Positions 1 through 12,907 of a DNA stretch of 64,000 nucleotides are shown piece by piece. The translations under genes were made by a program, and so were the position numbers. This DNA comes from Octopus vulgaris. Lineage: Eukaryota. The stretch is taken from NCBI GenBank assembly GCA_951406725.2, contig OX597821.1, positions 107,570,001 to 107,634,000 on the forward strand. The letters are read 5' to 3'. The notes under the pieces are model-generated. The model did no database searches, was not told where the DNA came from, and saw nothing but the letters and a program-made list of their open reading frames with translations. Within the stretch, counting starts at the first letter, position 1; each line of letters opens with the position of its first letter.

Positions 1-111
1 TTCATTATCATAAACATCATCATAATCGTCATCATCATCATCACCATCATCATCATCACAATTTTCAGTATTCTTTCTTTCTTTTTTTCTTTCATTCTTT
101 CTTTCTTTCAT

Positions 112-164
<53 letters not shown>

Positions 165-1234
165 ATTGCATGTGTGCACTACACAAACAGCGAAGAGTTG
201 TGAAAACAAGGCAAATGCGAATACGAGCAGGATAAATCTTTTTTTTTTTATTTTTCTTGTTATTGTTCATTATTTTGCTTGTTTGTTTTCTTTGTTTATT
301 TTCTCTTCTGTTGAAAGAAATCCGTCCAATAACAAAGCAACACAATGTACGGGTAGGTGGGTGTGTGTATGTGTGTGTGTGAGAGAGAGAGAGAGAGGGA
401 GAGAAGGAATGTGTGAAGGAGAGAGGGAGTGAGGGAAATGGAGGGGGAGTGAGTAAATGAGTGAGTGAGTGAGTGAGTGAGTGAGGGACTGAGTGAATGA
501 GTGAATAAGAGAGGGAGAGGGGGAGGTAGGAGTGAGTAAGTGAGTGAGTGAGTGAGTGAATTAGTGAGTGAATGAGTGAGAGAGAGAGGGAGGGAGGAGT
601 GAGTGAGTGAGTAAGAGAGGGAGGGAGGGAGGGTTGGAGGAGGGAGGGAGGGTTGGAGGAGGGAGGGAGGGTTGGAGGAGGGAGGGAGGGAGGGATTGAG
701 TGAATAGGTGAATGAGAGAGGGAGGGAGGGTTGGAGGAGGGAGGGAGGGAGGGATTGAGTGAATAGGTGAATGAGAGAGGGAGGGAGGTAGGGTAGGAGG
801 AGAGAGGGATGGATTGAGTGAATAAGTGAGTAAGAGAGGGAGGGAGAGAGGGAGGAATGAGTGAGTGAGTGAGGGAGAGAGGGAGTGAGGGAGGGAGGGA
901 GGGAGGGAGTGCGTGAGCCTTAGCGTTTCTGTCTTGTATTCGTTGCAGTGATTTCTCTTAGCTTTTCCTTGTCTCAGTCATTGGGCTGCGACCATGCCGG
1001 AGCACTGCATTGAAGTGTCTTGCTCCCAAACAAACGTCAGGTACTCCCGATTAGTTACGGAGACGTAATCAAACTAACACCGGTTGTCTGGCCGGTAGTA
1101 GAAGGACAAGCACACACACAAACACACACACACTTAGTACACTCTGTTACGTGTACCTGGTTATACCCTTTACGTGTACTTTACGTGTACTCGGCTATAT
1201 TCTTTCAATATTTCTTTTTTTTCTCTTATTTCAG

Positions 1235-1358
1235 TATGGTGAATAACGGTTGCATCAAAGATAGCAGTGGATCACGTACGGGCTTCCGTAGTATTTATAT
1301 TACTGGAGATCGCAGAAGAAAGAAAACTACAGAAGAAGATGATAAAACGAAGATGCAG
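1235..1358 (+). CDS. Class A peptide GPCR, penultimate coding exon (third intracellular loop)
   Basis: Pyrimidine tract plus ttcag acceptor ends at 1234. The exon reads (S)MVNNGCIKDSSGSRTGFRSIYITGDRRRKKTTEEDDKTKMQ, then CAG|GCAAGT (GC donor). It joins in phase 0 to VVKML at 6170, giving the basic ICL3-TM6 junction KTKMQVVKML. Confidence 0.8.
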
Positions 1359-1409
1359 GCAAGTGTTGTTACGAAGATTTATAAAAACAAATAGGATGAC
1401 GCTGACGAC

Positions 1410-1421
1410 GATAAAAATAAT

Positions 1422-1459
<38 letters not shown>

Positions 1460-1594
1460 CAACAATAACAACAAAAATAATAGTTATAATAACAAGAACA
1501 ACAATAATAACTATAATAATAATAATAATAACAACAACAACAATAACAACAAAGATAATAGTTATAATAACAAGAACAACAATAATAACTGTAA

Positions 1595-1625
<31 letters not shown>

Positions 1626-2043
1626 AACAACAACAACAACAACAGCAACAACAACAATAACAACAAAAATAATAGTTATAATAACAAGAACAACAATAAT
1701 AACTATAATAATAATAATAATAAGAAGAAGAAGAAGAAGAAGAAGAAGAACAACAACAACAACAACAACAATAACAACAAAAATAATAGTTATAATAACA
1801 AGAACAACAATAATAACTATAATAATAATAATAAGAAGAAGAAGAAGAAGAACAACAACAACAACAACAACAATAACAACAAATAATAGTTATAATAACA
1901 AGAACAACAATAATAACTATAATAATAATAATAATAATAATAATAAGAAGAAGAAGAAGAAGAAGAAGAAGAACAACAACAACAACAACAACAACAATAA
2001 CAACAAAAATAATAGTTATAATAACAAGAACAACAATAATAAC

Positions 2044-2093
<50 letters not shown>

Positions 2094-2095
2094 TG
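1410..2095. repeat. Higher-order AAT/AAC/AAG compound repeat
   Basis: The unit aataatagttataataacaagaacaacaataataact recurs six times between trinucleotide runs. Confidence 0.85.
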
Positions 2096-2102
2096 ATTCT
2101 TT

Positions 2103-2398
2103 GCCATGTGTTGAGAGGTATTCTTTGGTGTTTGAATAATTCACCTCTGGAAACATGGGTGTTTCGTTCAACATCCTTAAACCACCCTTTTTCAGGGACT
2201 GTTTGAGCAGGATGGGTTACTCGACCAGAAGAAAATTCTGTGCTGTTTATCTTGAGATGAGATCACCATGTCGCGCACATATGGTCGTGATGCATGTACC
2301 TAGTTTACCCTTATCAGACGGGAAGTCATGGTGGGTATACAGGGCTTCGTATATTTTACCCCAGTGTCACATTGATGGCATGCACTGCGCTCTCACTC
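2103..2398. mobile_element. (AAT)n-embedded interspersed repeat, copy 1
   Basis: Homologous to 53643-53964, with the same end ctctcactc|aataat. Confidence 0.75.
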
Positions 2399-2414
2399 AA
2401 TAATAATAATAATC

Positions 2415-2457
<43 letters not shown>

Positions 2458-2514
2458 TGATAATAATAATAATAATAATAATAATGATAATAATAATAAT
2501 AATAATAATAATGC

Positions 2515-2735
2515 CAAAACTGGATTAACAAAGGACAAAGATGGTATAGGCACACACCAGAAAAGGTCACAGAAAATGAGAAAGCAACCATACTCTGGGA
2601 TATGCCAATACGTACAGATAGAGAAATTAAGGCCAAGAGACTGGAATATAGTTGTCAGAAATGACCAAGAGAAAAAATGCTTTCTAATCGATGTATCAAT
2701 ATTAACAGATGACAACGTTTCTCTAAAAGAAATGC
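2515..2735 (+). mobile_element. R4/Dong-like non-LTR retrotransposon restriction-like endonuclease fragment within (AAT)n
   Basis: RWYRHTPEKVTENEKATILWDMPIRTDREIKA..(frameshift)..IVVRNDQEKKCFLIDVSI resembles the RLE PD-(D/E)xK region; (AAT)n on both sides. Confidence 0.7.
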
Positions 2736-2774
2736 TAACGATTCGGCCAACTCACCACAATTAGTCCTCAAATG

Positions 2775-2905
<131 letters not shown>

Positions 2906-3534
2906 TCTTTCTACTATAGGCACAAGGTCCGAAATTTGGGGGAGGAACCAGTCGATTAGATCGACCCTAGTACATAACTGGTACTTAATTTATCGATGAA
3001 ATGCCGCTAAGCGCTTTACCCGGGGTGCTAACGATTCTGCCAGCTCGCCGTCTTTAGTTCCTATATGATAATAATATACGTTAAAAATATTGACTTGTTG
3101 ACGCATGGTGTGGTGAGAGGAAAAGACAGTTAGAAAGAGATACCTAGAGAGAAGGAGAGAGAGAGAAAGAAAAGAGCAAAAGAGAGAGAATTAACACAAT
3201 TGATGCAAGATATAATAGACATAATAGGCTTGGTTGCAGACAATGCGTAAATAACACAATGCAAACACACAATGAGAAGAAAAAAAGAGAATCATAGACA
3301 GGGATGAAGGAAGAGAAGAAATGCATGAAAGAGTATTTACAGGAAGAATTATACTTGGAAATTTTGTTTCATATAATTTTATTTTAAGATAATAATTATT
3401 TTTCTTTCAAAATTAATATTTTTTTCCCTCACTTTGTATAACAACCAAAATATTTCATAAAAATTAAATTACAATTACCGTATTTATGATTATGTTTCCA
3501 GATATTACCCATAGTGGTCTAGAGTTATTTATCA

Positions 3535-3765
3535 TGTGATTGACTTGACTTGACAGCATTCACCCGGGTGGGTTGAGCTGGCTTCATTCATCCTCAATGC
3601 TGCATCTCTCACAAACGTCGACCAGGCCTGGCGATTTGAGGCTAACGACCGCGTGATCTCCAACCACTCTTTATTCCAACGGCGAACGCCGTAGATATGG
3701 GGGCCTAGGTTGGGTTCCAGATCAGCCTTGACTGTCATCAGCCAGGTTTTTCGTCCTGTCCTTCA
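3535..3765 (-). mobile_element. RTE LINE extreme 3' fragment
   Basis: GRKTWLMTVKADLE...LASNRQAWSTFVRDA followed by a short caagt-repeat tail. Confidence 0.65.
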
Positions 3766-4394
3766 AATGTTCCTCATGTATATCGCACCTTCTTCTCATA
3801 TGATGTATAACGCTCTCTCATTATTTCTAGCATTAAAGGCGGCGAACTGGGGAAATTGCTTGCACGTCGGATAAAATGCTTTGCGGTTCTTCGTCCGTCT
3901 TTACGTTCTGAGTTCAAATTCCACCGTGGTCGACTTTGCCTTTCATCCTTTCGAGGCCGATCCAAGTATCATCTCCACCTTCTACTTGGTCATTCTTTCC
4001 TCCAGCTCAACGTTACTTCTTTAAGCAGAGCACCACCCTCTCATCATCTTACTACGGTGTCACCCTGGTACATTTCCCGTTACTAGACTTCCGGGGTGGT
4101 TAATAAAATCGACTTACCCCCTCCCCAGAAATTGCTGACCTTGTGCCCAAGTTTGACGCAATTATTAATCATATTCATTTCAAATTTTGGTACCAGTCCG
4201 TGGGTGGGGAGAAGAGATAATTATACCGACCCCAGTATTCAAATGGTACATATTTTATCGACCCTGCGAAAGGGAGGAAGAGAAAATTGACACCAGCGTC
4301 ATTCGAACTCAGAACTGAAAATTGGAAGAAATGCCGGCAACGTATTTGGCAGCTCACCGTCTGGCAATTGCTTATAATATATACGGTATTATTT

Positions 4395-5150
4395 CTGGCA
4401 GAATCGTTTGTATACCAGGTAAAATGCTTAGCGGTATTTCGTCTGACGATACGTTCTGAGTTCAAATTCCACCGAGGTCGACTTTGCCTTTCATCCTTTC
4501 AGGGTCGATTAAATAAGTACCAGTTACGCACTGGGGTCGATATAATCGACTTAATCCGTTTATCTGTCTTTGTTTGTCCTCTCTGTATTTAGCCCCTTGT
4601 GGGTAGTAAAGGAATATGTATTTCGTCTGACGTTACGTTCTGAGTTCAAATTCCGACGAGGTCGACTTTACCTTTCATCCTTTTGGGGTCGATTAAATAT
4701 GTACCAGTTACGCACTGGGGTCGATGTAATCGACTTAATACCTATGTCTGTCCTTGTTTGTCCCCTCTATGTTTAGCTCCTTGTGGGTAATAAAGAAATG
4801 GGTATTTCGTTTGACGTTACGTTCTGAGTTCAAATTCTGCCGAGGTCGACTTTGCCTTTCATCCTTTCGGGGTCGATAAATTAAGTACCAGTTACGCACT
4901 GGGGTCGATATAATCGACTTAATCCGTTTGTCTGTCCTTGTTTGTCCCCTCTGTGTTTAGCCCCTTGTGGGTTGTAAAGAAATAGGTATTTCGTCCGTTT
5001 CTATGTTTTAAGATCAAATTCCGTCGAGGTCGATTTTGCCTTTCATCCTTTCAGGGTCGATAAATTAAGCACCAGTTGTGTACTGGGGTCGATTTAATCG
5101 ACTGGCCCCCCTCCCCAATAATTTTGGGCCGTGTGCTTTGGGTAGAAAAG
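4395..5150 (+). mobile_element. SINE family B tandem array (4 units, ~184-bp period)
   Basis: gtatttcgt..ttctgagttcaaattcc..ctttcatcctttcggggtcga recurs at 4434, 4618, 4802 and 4986. Confidence 0.85.
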
Positions 5151-6169
5151 AAAACAAGTACCAGGTGAACTCTGGGGTTGATGTAACTGACTTAACCACT
5201 CACCCAGACTTGCTGATCTTGTGCCAAACTTTGAAATCGATATCATTTTTTAGTTCAAATTCTGCTGTCCTTTCGTCCTTTCGAGGTCGATAAAAAAAAT
5301 ACCAGTTAAGTACTTGGGTCGATGTATTCGACTCATCCCCTCTCCACAGATTGCTGCAGTTGGGACAAAATTTGAAATCATTATTTATGATATTAAAGGC
5401 GGCAGCAGAATCGTTAGCATGTCGAGCAAAGTGCTAAGCGACGTTTCGTGTCTTTACATTCTGAGTTCAAATTCCGCTGGGTTCCACTTTGCCTTTCGTC
5501 CTTTCGGGGTCGACAAAATAAATACCATTTGAGCACTGGGCTTGGTGTAATCGACTTAATCCATTACCTGCCATTAGCCCCGTTTGGGGATCTGCTATAA
5601 ACAGTCTCACTGTCGGTTGTTCGTTGTATTTGAAGTGAATTGTTTATGCATATTGCATTTGCAGATGTATGTTTAACAATATTTAGTAATTAAAGTTTGT
5701 CATTATTATTTCTGGCTAATTCTAGAGGACATTTAATGTCATAAATCGCAATTTTTGAACTACAAAAATATTGACTGTTTTGAAAATTTTGTCCTTTTCG
5801 GTTTTTGGTATTTTGCATTTCCCATCTTTATCATTGATTGATATTTTATACTCAATCACATTTGATACTATAGTTTAAAAAAAAAAATGTTTATTATTGC
5901 AATTGAATAAAAAAGGAAAAATATGCATTTTTCAGCGATCCCCATTTGGGACTTTCCGAAAAATTTATCATAATTTCCAAAATAATCCACATATGAAGAA
6001 AATTTAAATACTATATACATTTAACTCCTAAGACACCTGGCAATGCCAAAATATCTGAATAACAAAAATTTGGCCATTAATGAGTTAATCCCGGCCCCTA
6101 AAATGCTGGTTTTGTGCCAAAACTTAAAATCAATATTAATGATGTTATTTCTTGTTCTTTTCTCCACAG

Positions 6170-6586
6170 GTAGTGAAAATGCTTGTCGTCGTAGTTCTGC
6201 TGTTTATTATCTGCTGGGCACCAATTCTTATCAACAACGTTATGATCGGATTCGATTATCTACCCCGATTGCATTACGGCTATTTGAAACCGATGCGCAT
6301 GGCTTTTAACCTGATGGCGTACTTCAACAGTTGCATAAATCCAATAGTATATTCGTTTATGTCGAAAAACTTCCGTGAGAAATTCAAACATTCGTTCCGT
6401 ACTTTATTTCGTGGTCGATTCACTGGAGCGGATCGCATCTGGACACAGCGGGGGACGGTGTCGTTTACAACGAGAACTACGTCACTGAACCGTAGCAAAT
6501 TGTACTCAATGAAAGAACCCGTAGAGAAAGACGTTAGTATTTCCAGCGTTACTGAAAACTGCAAAATTGTTTTGGTACCGGACTAA
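6170..6586 (+). CDS. Class A (rhodopsin-like) neuropeptide receptor, terminal exon (TM6, TM7, helix 8, C-tail)
   Basis: Acceptor ttcttttctccacag|G. VVKMLVVVVLLFIICWAP contains CWxP; FNSCINPIVYSFMSKNFREKF contains NPxxY and helix 8. Ser/Thr-rich tail ends in TAA. The ligand family cannot be fixed by eye; TM1-5 lie upstream of the window. Confidence 0.95.
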   Translation, partial: VVKMLVVVVLLFIICWAPILINNVMIGFDYLPRLHYGYLKPMRMAFNLMAYFNSCINPIVYSFMSKNFREKFKHSFRTLFRGRFTGADRIWTQRGTVSFTTRTTSLNRSKLYSMKEPVEKDVSISSVTENCKIVLVPD

Positions 6587-6616
6587 TCCTTATATAACAG
6601 AACAACCAAAAGATGA

Positions 6617-6827
6617 AATAAAAAAAATTAACCAAAAAAAAATAATAGCGAAAGAAAAAGACTTGTCTTAGCAACGAAACGCTGTTGATTGATATTGTTG
6701 GATATTGTTGTTCTTGTTATAATTTTGTCTATTTTTTCGTATTTTTTGTTATATATTTATTTCATTTTATTTTTTTCTCCGAAGTACTTCAGAAGAATTC
6801 GTTGTCGTTTACCATTTTTGAAATAAA
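6617..6827 (+). terminator. Candidate polyadenylation signals of the GPCR (AATAAA at 6617 and 6822)
   Basis: Two AATAAA hexamers in AT-rich sequence after the stop codon; usage unverified. Confidence 0.35.
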
Positions 6828-6903
6828 GGAAATTTAAGATTTAAAATATGAAAAAAAGTTTTTGATAAAGAAATTCTATGAGTGAAGTGGAGAAAGATGG
6901 TTA

Positions 6904-7346
6904 GGATTTTTTCGGTTTGAACGGCAGTTTTTTCTAGCGGTGTCATATGAAATTGTCACCCATAATTATGAGCCTAGTATCGATCTATTGCATTTCAATC
7001 TGTTTTAGGGTTAGGTTTAGTTAGGGTTAGTTAGGGTTAGTAGGGTTAGGGGTGGGGAAGGGTATCTTTTTTCTTCACAAATGTAAATAAATCCAATCTG
7101 TTTCTTAAACGAGGGACATATTCATACGGCACAGAATGTTTTCACCTCAATAGACGTCATTGATTGGTTGAAATTGCAGAAATTGAAGAAGCAGAACAAC
7201 AAATATCTTACAGACTATAGAATTTTCTCAATAAAGCCAAGAGAATAGGGTGTTTTATAAACACATTCTACCAGTATACGAAGTTTAAAAGTGTTTAGTT
7301 ACGTGGAAATTATTTTAAAAAACTGCCGGTCATACTGAAAAGATCC
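6904..7346 (+). mobile_element. MITE with ~29-bp GG-initiated TIR, 8-bp TSD and internal TTAGGG tract (Merlin-like), copy 1
   Basis: TIR GGATCTTTTCGGTTTGAACGGCAGTTTTT; flanks GATGGTTA/GGTGGTTA. Confidence 0.85.
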
Positions 7347-7600
7347 GGTGGTTAAACTATAGCTTCAGTCTGATTGGAAGAGAAGGAATAATGGTCCTGG
7401 ATAACAAGCTGATAGTTTGGCTAACAATTATTATCACATCCTCGTAAGAATCCTGATACGAGGTCTGATCGAACAGTATCTAGCCTGGTGCAAGAAAACG
7501 AAAACTAGAACACATGACAATTTGACCGTTTGAATCTCGTTTGAATTAATCGCCTTCTAAAGTCACCCACATTCCGTGTCGTTTCCATTGATGGTAGCAT

Positions 7601-7996
7601 GGATCTTTTCGGTTTGAACGGCAGTTTTTTAAAATAATTTCCACGTAACTAAACACTTTTAAACTTCGTATACTGGTAGAATGTGTTTATGAAACATCTT
7701 TTTCTCTTGGCTTTATTGAGAAAATTCTATAGTTTTTAAGATATTTGTTGTTATTTTTTTCTTCAATTTCTGCAATTTCAACCAATCAATGACGTCTATT
7801 GAGGTGAAAACATTCTGTGCCGTATGAATATGTCCCTCGTTTAAGAAACAGATTGGGTTTATTTACATTTCTGAAGAAAGAAAGATACCCTCCCCCTCCA
7901 CCCCTAACCTTAACCCTAACTAACCCTAACCCTAAAACAGATTGAAATGCAATAGATCGATAATAGGGTCATAATTATGGGTGACAATTTCACATG
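7601..7996 (-). mobile_element. Same MITE, copy 2 (inverted, one end lost)
   Basis: Reverse complement of copy 1 including the CCCTAA tract; truncated by a SINE fragment. Confidence 0.85.
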
Positions 7997-8257
7997 GTTT
8001 TGGTCGACCCGAGGCTATAGTAGAAGACACTTGCTCAAGGTGCCACGCAGTGGGACTGAACCCGGAACCATGTGGTTGGTAAGCAAGCTACTTACCACAC
8101 AGCCAATCCTACATAGCGAGAAATTGTCTCGTCGCATTCTCTTGGAGTTCCTCGACGTCTTGAAATCTGTTCTTCTCAAATGGGATTCAAGTTTTGGAAA
8201 GATTCTTTGCCTTAATAACCATCAACCAGTCTCTCTTTTCACACACGCACTCATACA

Positions 8258-8319
<62 letters not shown>

Positions 8320-8325
8320 TACACT

Positions 8326-8364
<39 letters not shown>

Positions 8365-8869
8365 TTTCTCTGTCTTGGTATCCGATCGAACCTTTGTGCT
8401 GTGGTGAAACGACCACACTCTACACACTTCACTTCCAAGCTCTGCTATAAACAACACAAGTGAGCTAGAACGGTAAAACTTGGTGTGCATACGCGACAGA
8501 GTTCAAGGTCAATCTGTGCCAAGCGGCTTCACTCTCTCCGTTCCCATAGCAACAGCCCCACTACTTTTGGATCAGACCCCGTTCAGCATTTCCTTGTTTT
8601 GTTTTGTTGTTTTACTTTTCCGTAATGAAAACGGGTAAAGGCACGTGGTGTAGTGGATAGAGTACTGCACTCGCGATCACAAGATCGTGGTTTCAATTCC
8701 CGGACCTCGTGATCTGTTGTGTCCTTGAGCAAAATGCTTCACTTCACGTTGCATCAATTCAATCAGCTGGCAAGAATGAGTCATCCTGCGACCGAGCGAC
8801 CGGCGGAAACCAGGTAACAAGTCTCAGGAGGTTTAGGACCTGAGACAGTGATGTCGATAATGTTGCGAC

Positions 8870-9195
<326 letters not shown>

Positions 9196-9906
9196 TTTTA
9201 TCTGTTACTTGTTTCAGTCATCAAGACTGCGGCCATGCTGGGGCATCGCCTTGAAGAATTTCAGTCAAATGAATCGACCTGAGTACTTATTTAAAAAAAA
9301 AAACCTGGTAGTTGTTTTATCGATCTCTTTGTCGAACCGATAAGTTACGGGTATATAAATACACCAACACCAGTTGTGAAGCGATGATAGAGAACAAACA
9401 CACACACAAACTCACACACACACAAATATATCTAGGACGGGCTTTTTTCAGTTTCTGTCTGCAAAATCGACTCACGTGGTTTTGGTCAACCTGGGGCTAT
9501 AATAATAGACACTAGTATAAGGTGCTACATAGTGGTATTGAACCCGGAGCAAACTACATGATGTAGTAAAAATACCATTTAATTTTTTATTGTGAAGAAA
9601 AGGGCCTGGTTCGCTCCCTTTGGATTAGACAAACACTAAAGAGCTCCCATTGAACAACAGCAAGTAGGAATTATCGATAACGTGATATAGATTATCAGAA
9701 ATATTACAAACTGTCCGACAATAACGGGAAAAAATTCCATTATTGTCGGATAAGAAGCATAAAAGAAGTAAGGTTTTAATGGAAAATAACGTATTCATGA
9801 AGACTTCCACGAAAATTACGATCTTTTACAGAAAACTGAGGCATTATAACTGTAAATGTGGTATTTTGAGAGAATTTAGCTGAAACAGAGCAAATTTTAA
9901 GTGACA

Positions 9907-9970
<64 letters not shown>

Positions 9971-10033
9971 CTGTGTGTGTGTCTGTGTGTGTGTATGTAT
10001 GTATGTATTTATATATATGTGTGTGTGTGTATG

Positions 10034-10087
<54 letters not shown>

Positions 10088-10091
<4 letters not shown>

Positions 10092-10291
10092 ATCCAAACA
10101 TGAAAGCACAATAAAACACAACAACGCGAGGATGTAGAACAAATATAGTATTATTGGACGCTCAGGAAAGAATGAGTGTTTAACGTTTCGAGCGGAGCTC
10201 TTCGTCGGAAACATAGAAGGAAATATCCAGAGAAGGGAAGACAGAGGGAAAAAAATCGCCACGGGTACACACGCGGTCACATTTTGAATCA

Positions 10292-10292
<1 letters not shown>
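10088..10292 (-). mobile_element. Solo PLE-terminus element with hammerhead motif (10178-10212)
   Basis: Reverse-complement match to 19660-19875. Stem I gttt/aaac is intact. Flanked by (TA)n and (TG)n. Confidence 0.8.
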
Positions 10293-10365
<73 letters not shown>

Positions 10366-10600
10366 TATTTGTGGCTTAACAATGCTATCGGTGGCTTCAT
10401 GCAGAAAAATCCTGCAATTTGTCAAGCACTCCACTTAAGAATGTTGCTATTCAGCTTTCATGTTTGATGACAAGGAGTACTTGACTTCGCTTAGAGATAA
10501 GAATAAAAAAACATGCAACATCTTTGTCTAATCTGGGAGAGAACCTTAAAGATTGGATGGTGGACAACCCCCAAATAAACTGGAGTATCATAACTAAAGC

Positions 10601-10900
10601 TAGCAGAAAAAGCGATGAACTAACAGAAAAAGCGGTGAGCTGGCAGGAAAGGTGGTGAGCTAACAGGAAAGACGACTGACTTGTTGAAGAAGCAGCGAGT
10701 TAAGAGGAAAGACGGAGATCTAGCAGGAAAGGCGGTGAACTAGCGGGAAAAGCGATGAGATAAGAGGAAAGGCGGCTGGGTAGCAGCAAAGGCGACAAGT
10801 TAGCAGAAAAGGCGTGGAATTCGCAGGATAGGCGACGAGTTAGCAGGAAAAGCGGCGAACTGGCACGAACAGCAGTGGAATAACAGGAAAGGCGACGTAA
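10601..10900 (+). repeat. 20-bp minisatellite, ~15 diverged units
   Basis: Consensus tagcaggaaaggcggcgagc at exact 20-nt spacing. Confidence 0.85.
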
Positions 10901-11486
10901 TGGTAGAATTTTTAGCGCATCAGATAAAAATACGTAACAGTATTTCCTTCCGTCTCTTGGAATTCTGTGTTCAAATTTTGCTGAGGTTAATTTTGCTTTT
11001 CACCTTTTCGGAATCGATTAAAACGAGTACCATTTTAAGTACTGAAACCTATGGTAATCAATCCTAAAACCTGTCGGTCTTTGCCAAATTTAAAAAGAAT
11101 CTCTTCTTAAGATATTCAGCCAAGTGTTTATAGCTTTTCCAGTTGCTTGTTGGATTTTTTTACAGTTCTGTAGTATCTACATCGTGGTCAAGATACTACT
11201 GATTCTTCAGACAGTTACGGGTATGCAAATACACCAACACCAGTTATGAAGCGGTGATAGAGAACAAACACACACACACACAAACTCACACACACACACA
11301 CACACACACACAAATATATATACGACGGGCTTTTTCGGTTTCCGTCTGCAAAATCGACTCACATGGTTTTGGTCAACCTGGGACTGACCAAAACCGCTTT
11401 GAAGTGCTACCATAGAACACCTGCTCAGTATTAGATGGTCATTGTAGGTTAAGCGACAATCAGAGGCGTGGTTCCGCGGCCGCATA

Positions 11487-11992
11487 TCTATATATATAAA
11501 ACTCTAGTTGTGTGAGTGTCTGTCCCCTTCGATTTAGATTCCTAACTCCTCCCACATTTTGCGGTGCAGTTTAACCAAATTCGGGTATCTTATAGTCGTG
11601 ATTCATATCGAGCCCGTCTGGGTATTAGCGCGCGTCAACGATGAGTCTACGATTTTAAAAATAATTTAACATCATTTTTTATTCCATTTTAATGCATAAA
11701 ATGCATCGTATGTCGATGGCGGCGGAGTTGGCGTCCACGCTCACAGCTGCACCTGTTTGCTTCTCCCCCTTCCCTCCCTCGTGAAGCTGTGGGGAAGGGA
11801 GTGTAAAGAAATCAACGTCGTAATGCGTTGTGAAGGAAACCAGCGTTCTTTTAGAACAACGACTTCATGGCTTGAAGACACCAAAACAAAAATGGCTAAG
11901 AAAGCCCGAATTTATAAGGGAAGTAACTCTCTAAAAATGCTTATATAGTTATTTCCCTTACAAACCCGAGCAACGCCGGGCGATACTGCTAG
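11487..11992 (+). mobile_element. Non-autonomous Helitron
   Basis: A|TC 5' end (tctatatatataaaa), subterminal hairpin cccgagcaacgccggg, CTAG|T 3' end, no TSD. Confidence 0.8.
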
Positions 11993-12380
11993 TTAATTTA
12001 TAAAGGCGCTCTTAACTGTTGTAGTTTCTGTTATATGGATAAAGTTAGAGATGGAGGAGAGATATGAGTGAAGGCATTCTGGATATTTATGCCAGATAGA
12101 TAAACAGATAGATGGATGTCAGCCACGAACGGGTATAATTCACTGCTGTTCTACACTAAAGTGTGTAAAGGGAGAGAGAGAGAGAGACGGGGAGATAGAG
12201 ATGAAGGGAGAGAGAGAGACAGCAGAACTAACATTTGGCTGGTTCTCATTTAGTAAACTGGTTTGCTCAAAAAAAAAAACAAAAAAAAAACGCACAGCTC
12301 CCAGTCCAGAGTTTGAACACATAACATTATGATCAAGTACCGAACATCCTAACCACTAGACGACGCCCCTTCACTCGGTG

Positions 12381-12414
<34 letters not shown>

Positions 12415-12512
12415 TGTACGTATGTATGTATATGTGTGTGCGTGTGTGTATGTATATATGTTTGCATATATATGTGTGTTTATATATATACATATATATA
12501 TATATATATGTG

Positions 12513-12594
<82 letters not shown>

Positions 12595-12654
12595 TGTGTG
12601 TGCATGTATGTATATATACATATATATGTGTATCTATCTATCTATCTATATGTG

Positions 12655-12693
<39 letters not shown>

Positions 12694-12730
12694 CCATATA
12701 TATACATACACACATGTTTGTACGTTTGCT

Positions 12731-12777
<47 letters not shown>

Positions 12778-12862
12778 TAATAAATAAAATAAAACATATG
12801 CATATATATAAACATATATGTACGTACCTACCTCTACATGTACATATACACGCATATATGAG

Positions 12863-12907
<45 letters not shown>

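Noticed and set aside
1267-2139. Long ORFs such as 290 aa here, 12378-13049, 18191-19012 and 62595-63715
   Set aside because: They are translations of microsatellite or low-complexity tracts (poly-I/T/N, YI, HT, SL) with no domain motifs.
5556-6088. Possible TTAA-flanked piggyBac MITE
   Set aside because: Terminal match is too short and mismatched, and there is no second copy in the window.
7005-7055. TTAGGG repeats as telomere or chromosome-fusion site
   Set aside because: Short, degenerate and always at the same internal position of a MITE.
10601-10900. Regular short-period array resembling CRISPR
   Set aside because: No unique spacers, no cas genes, eukaryotic context; the unit derives from a SINE head.
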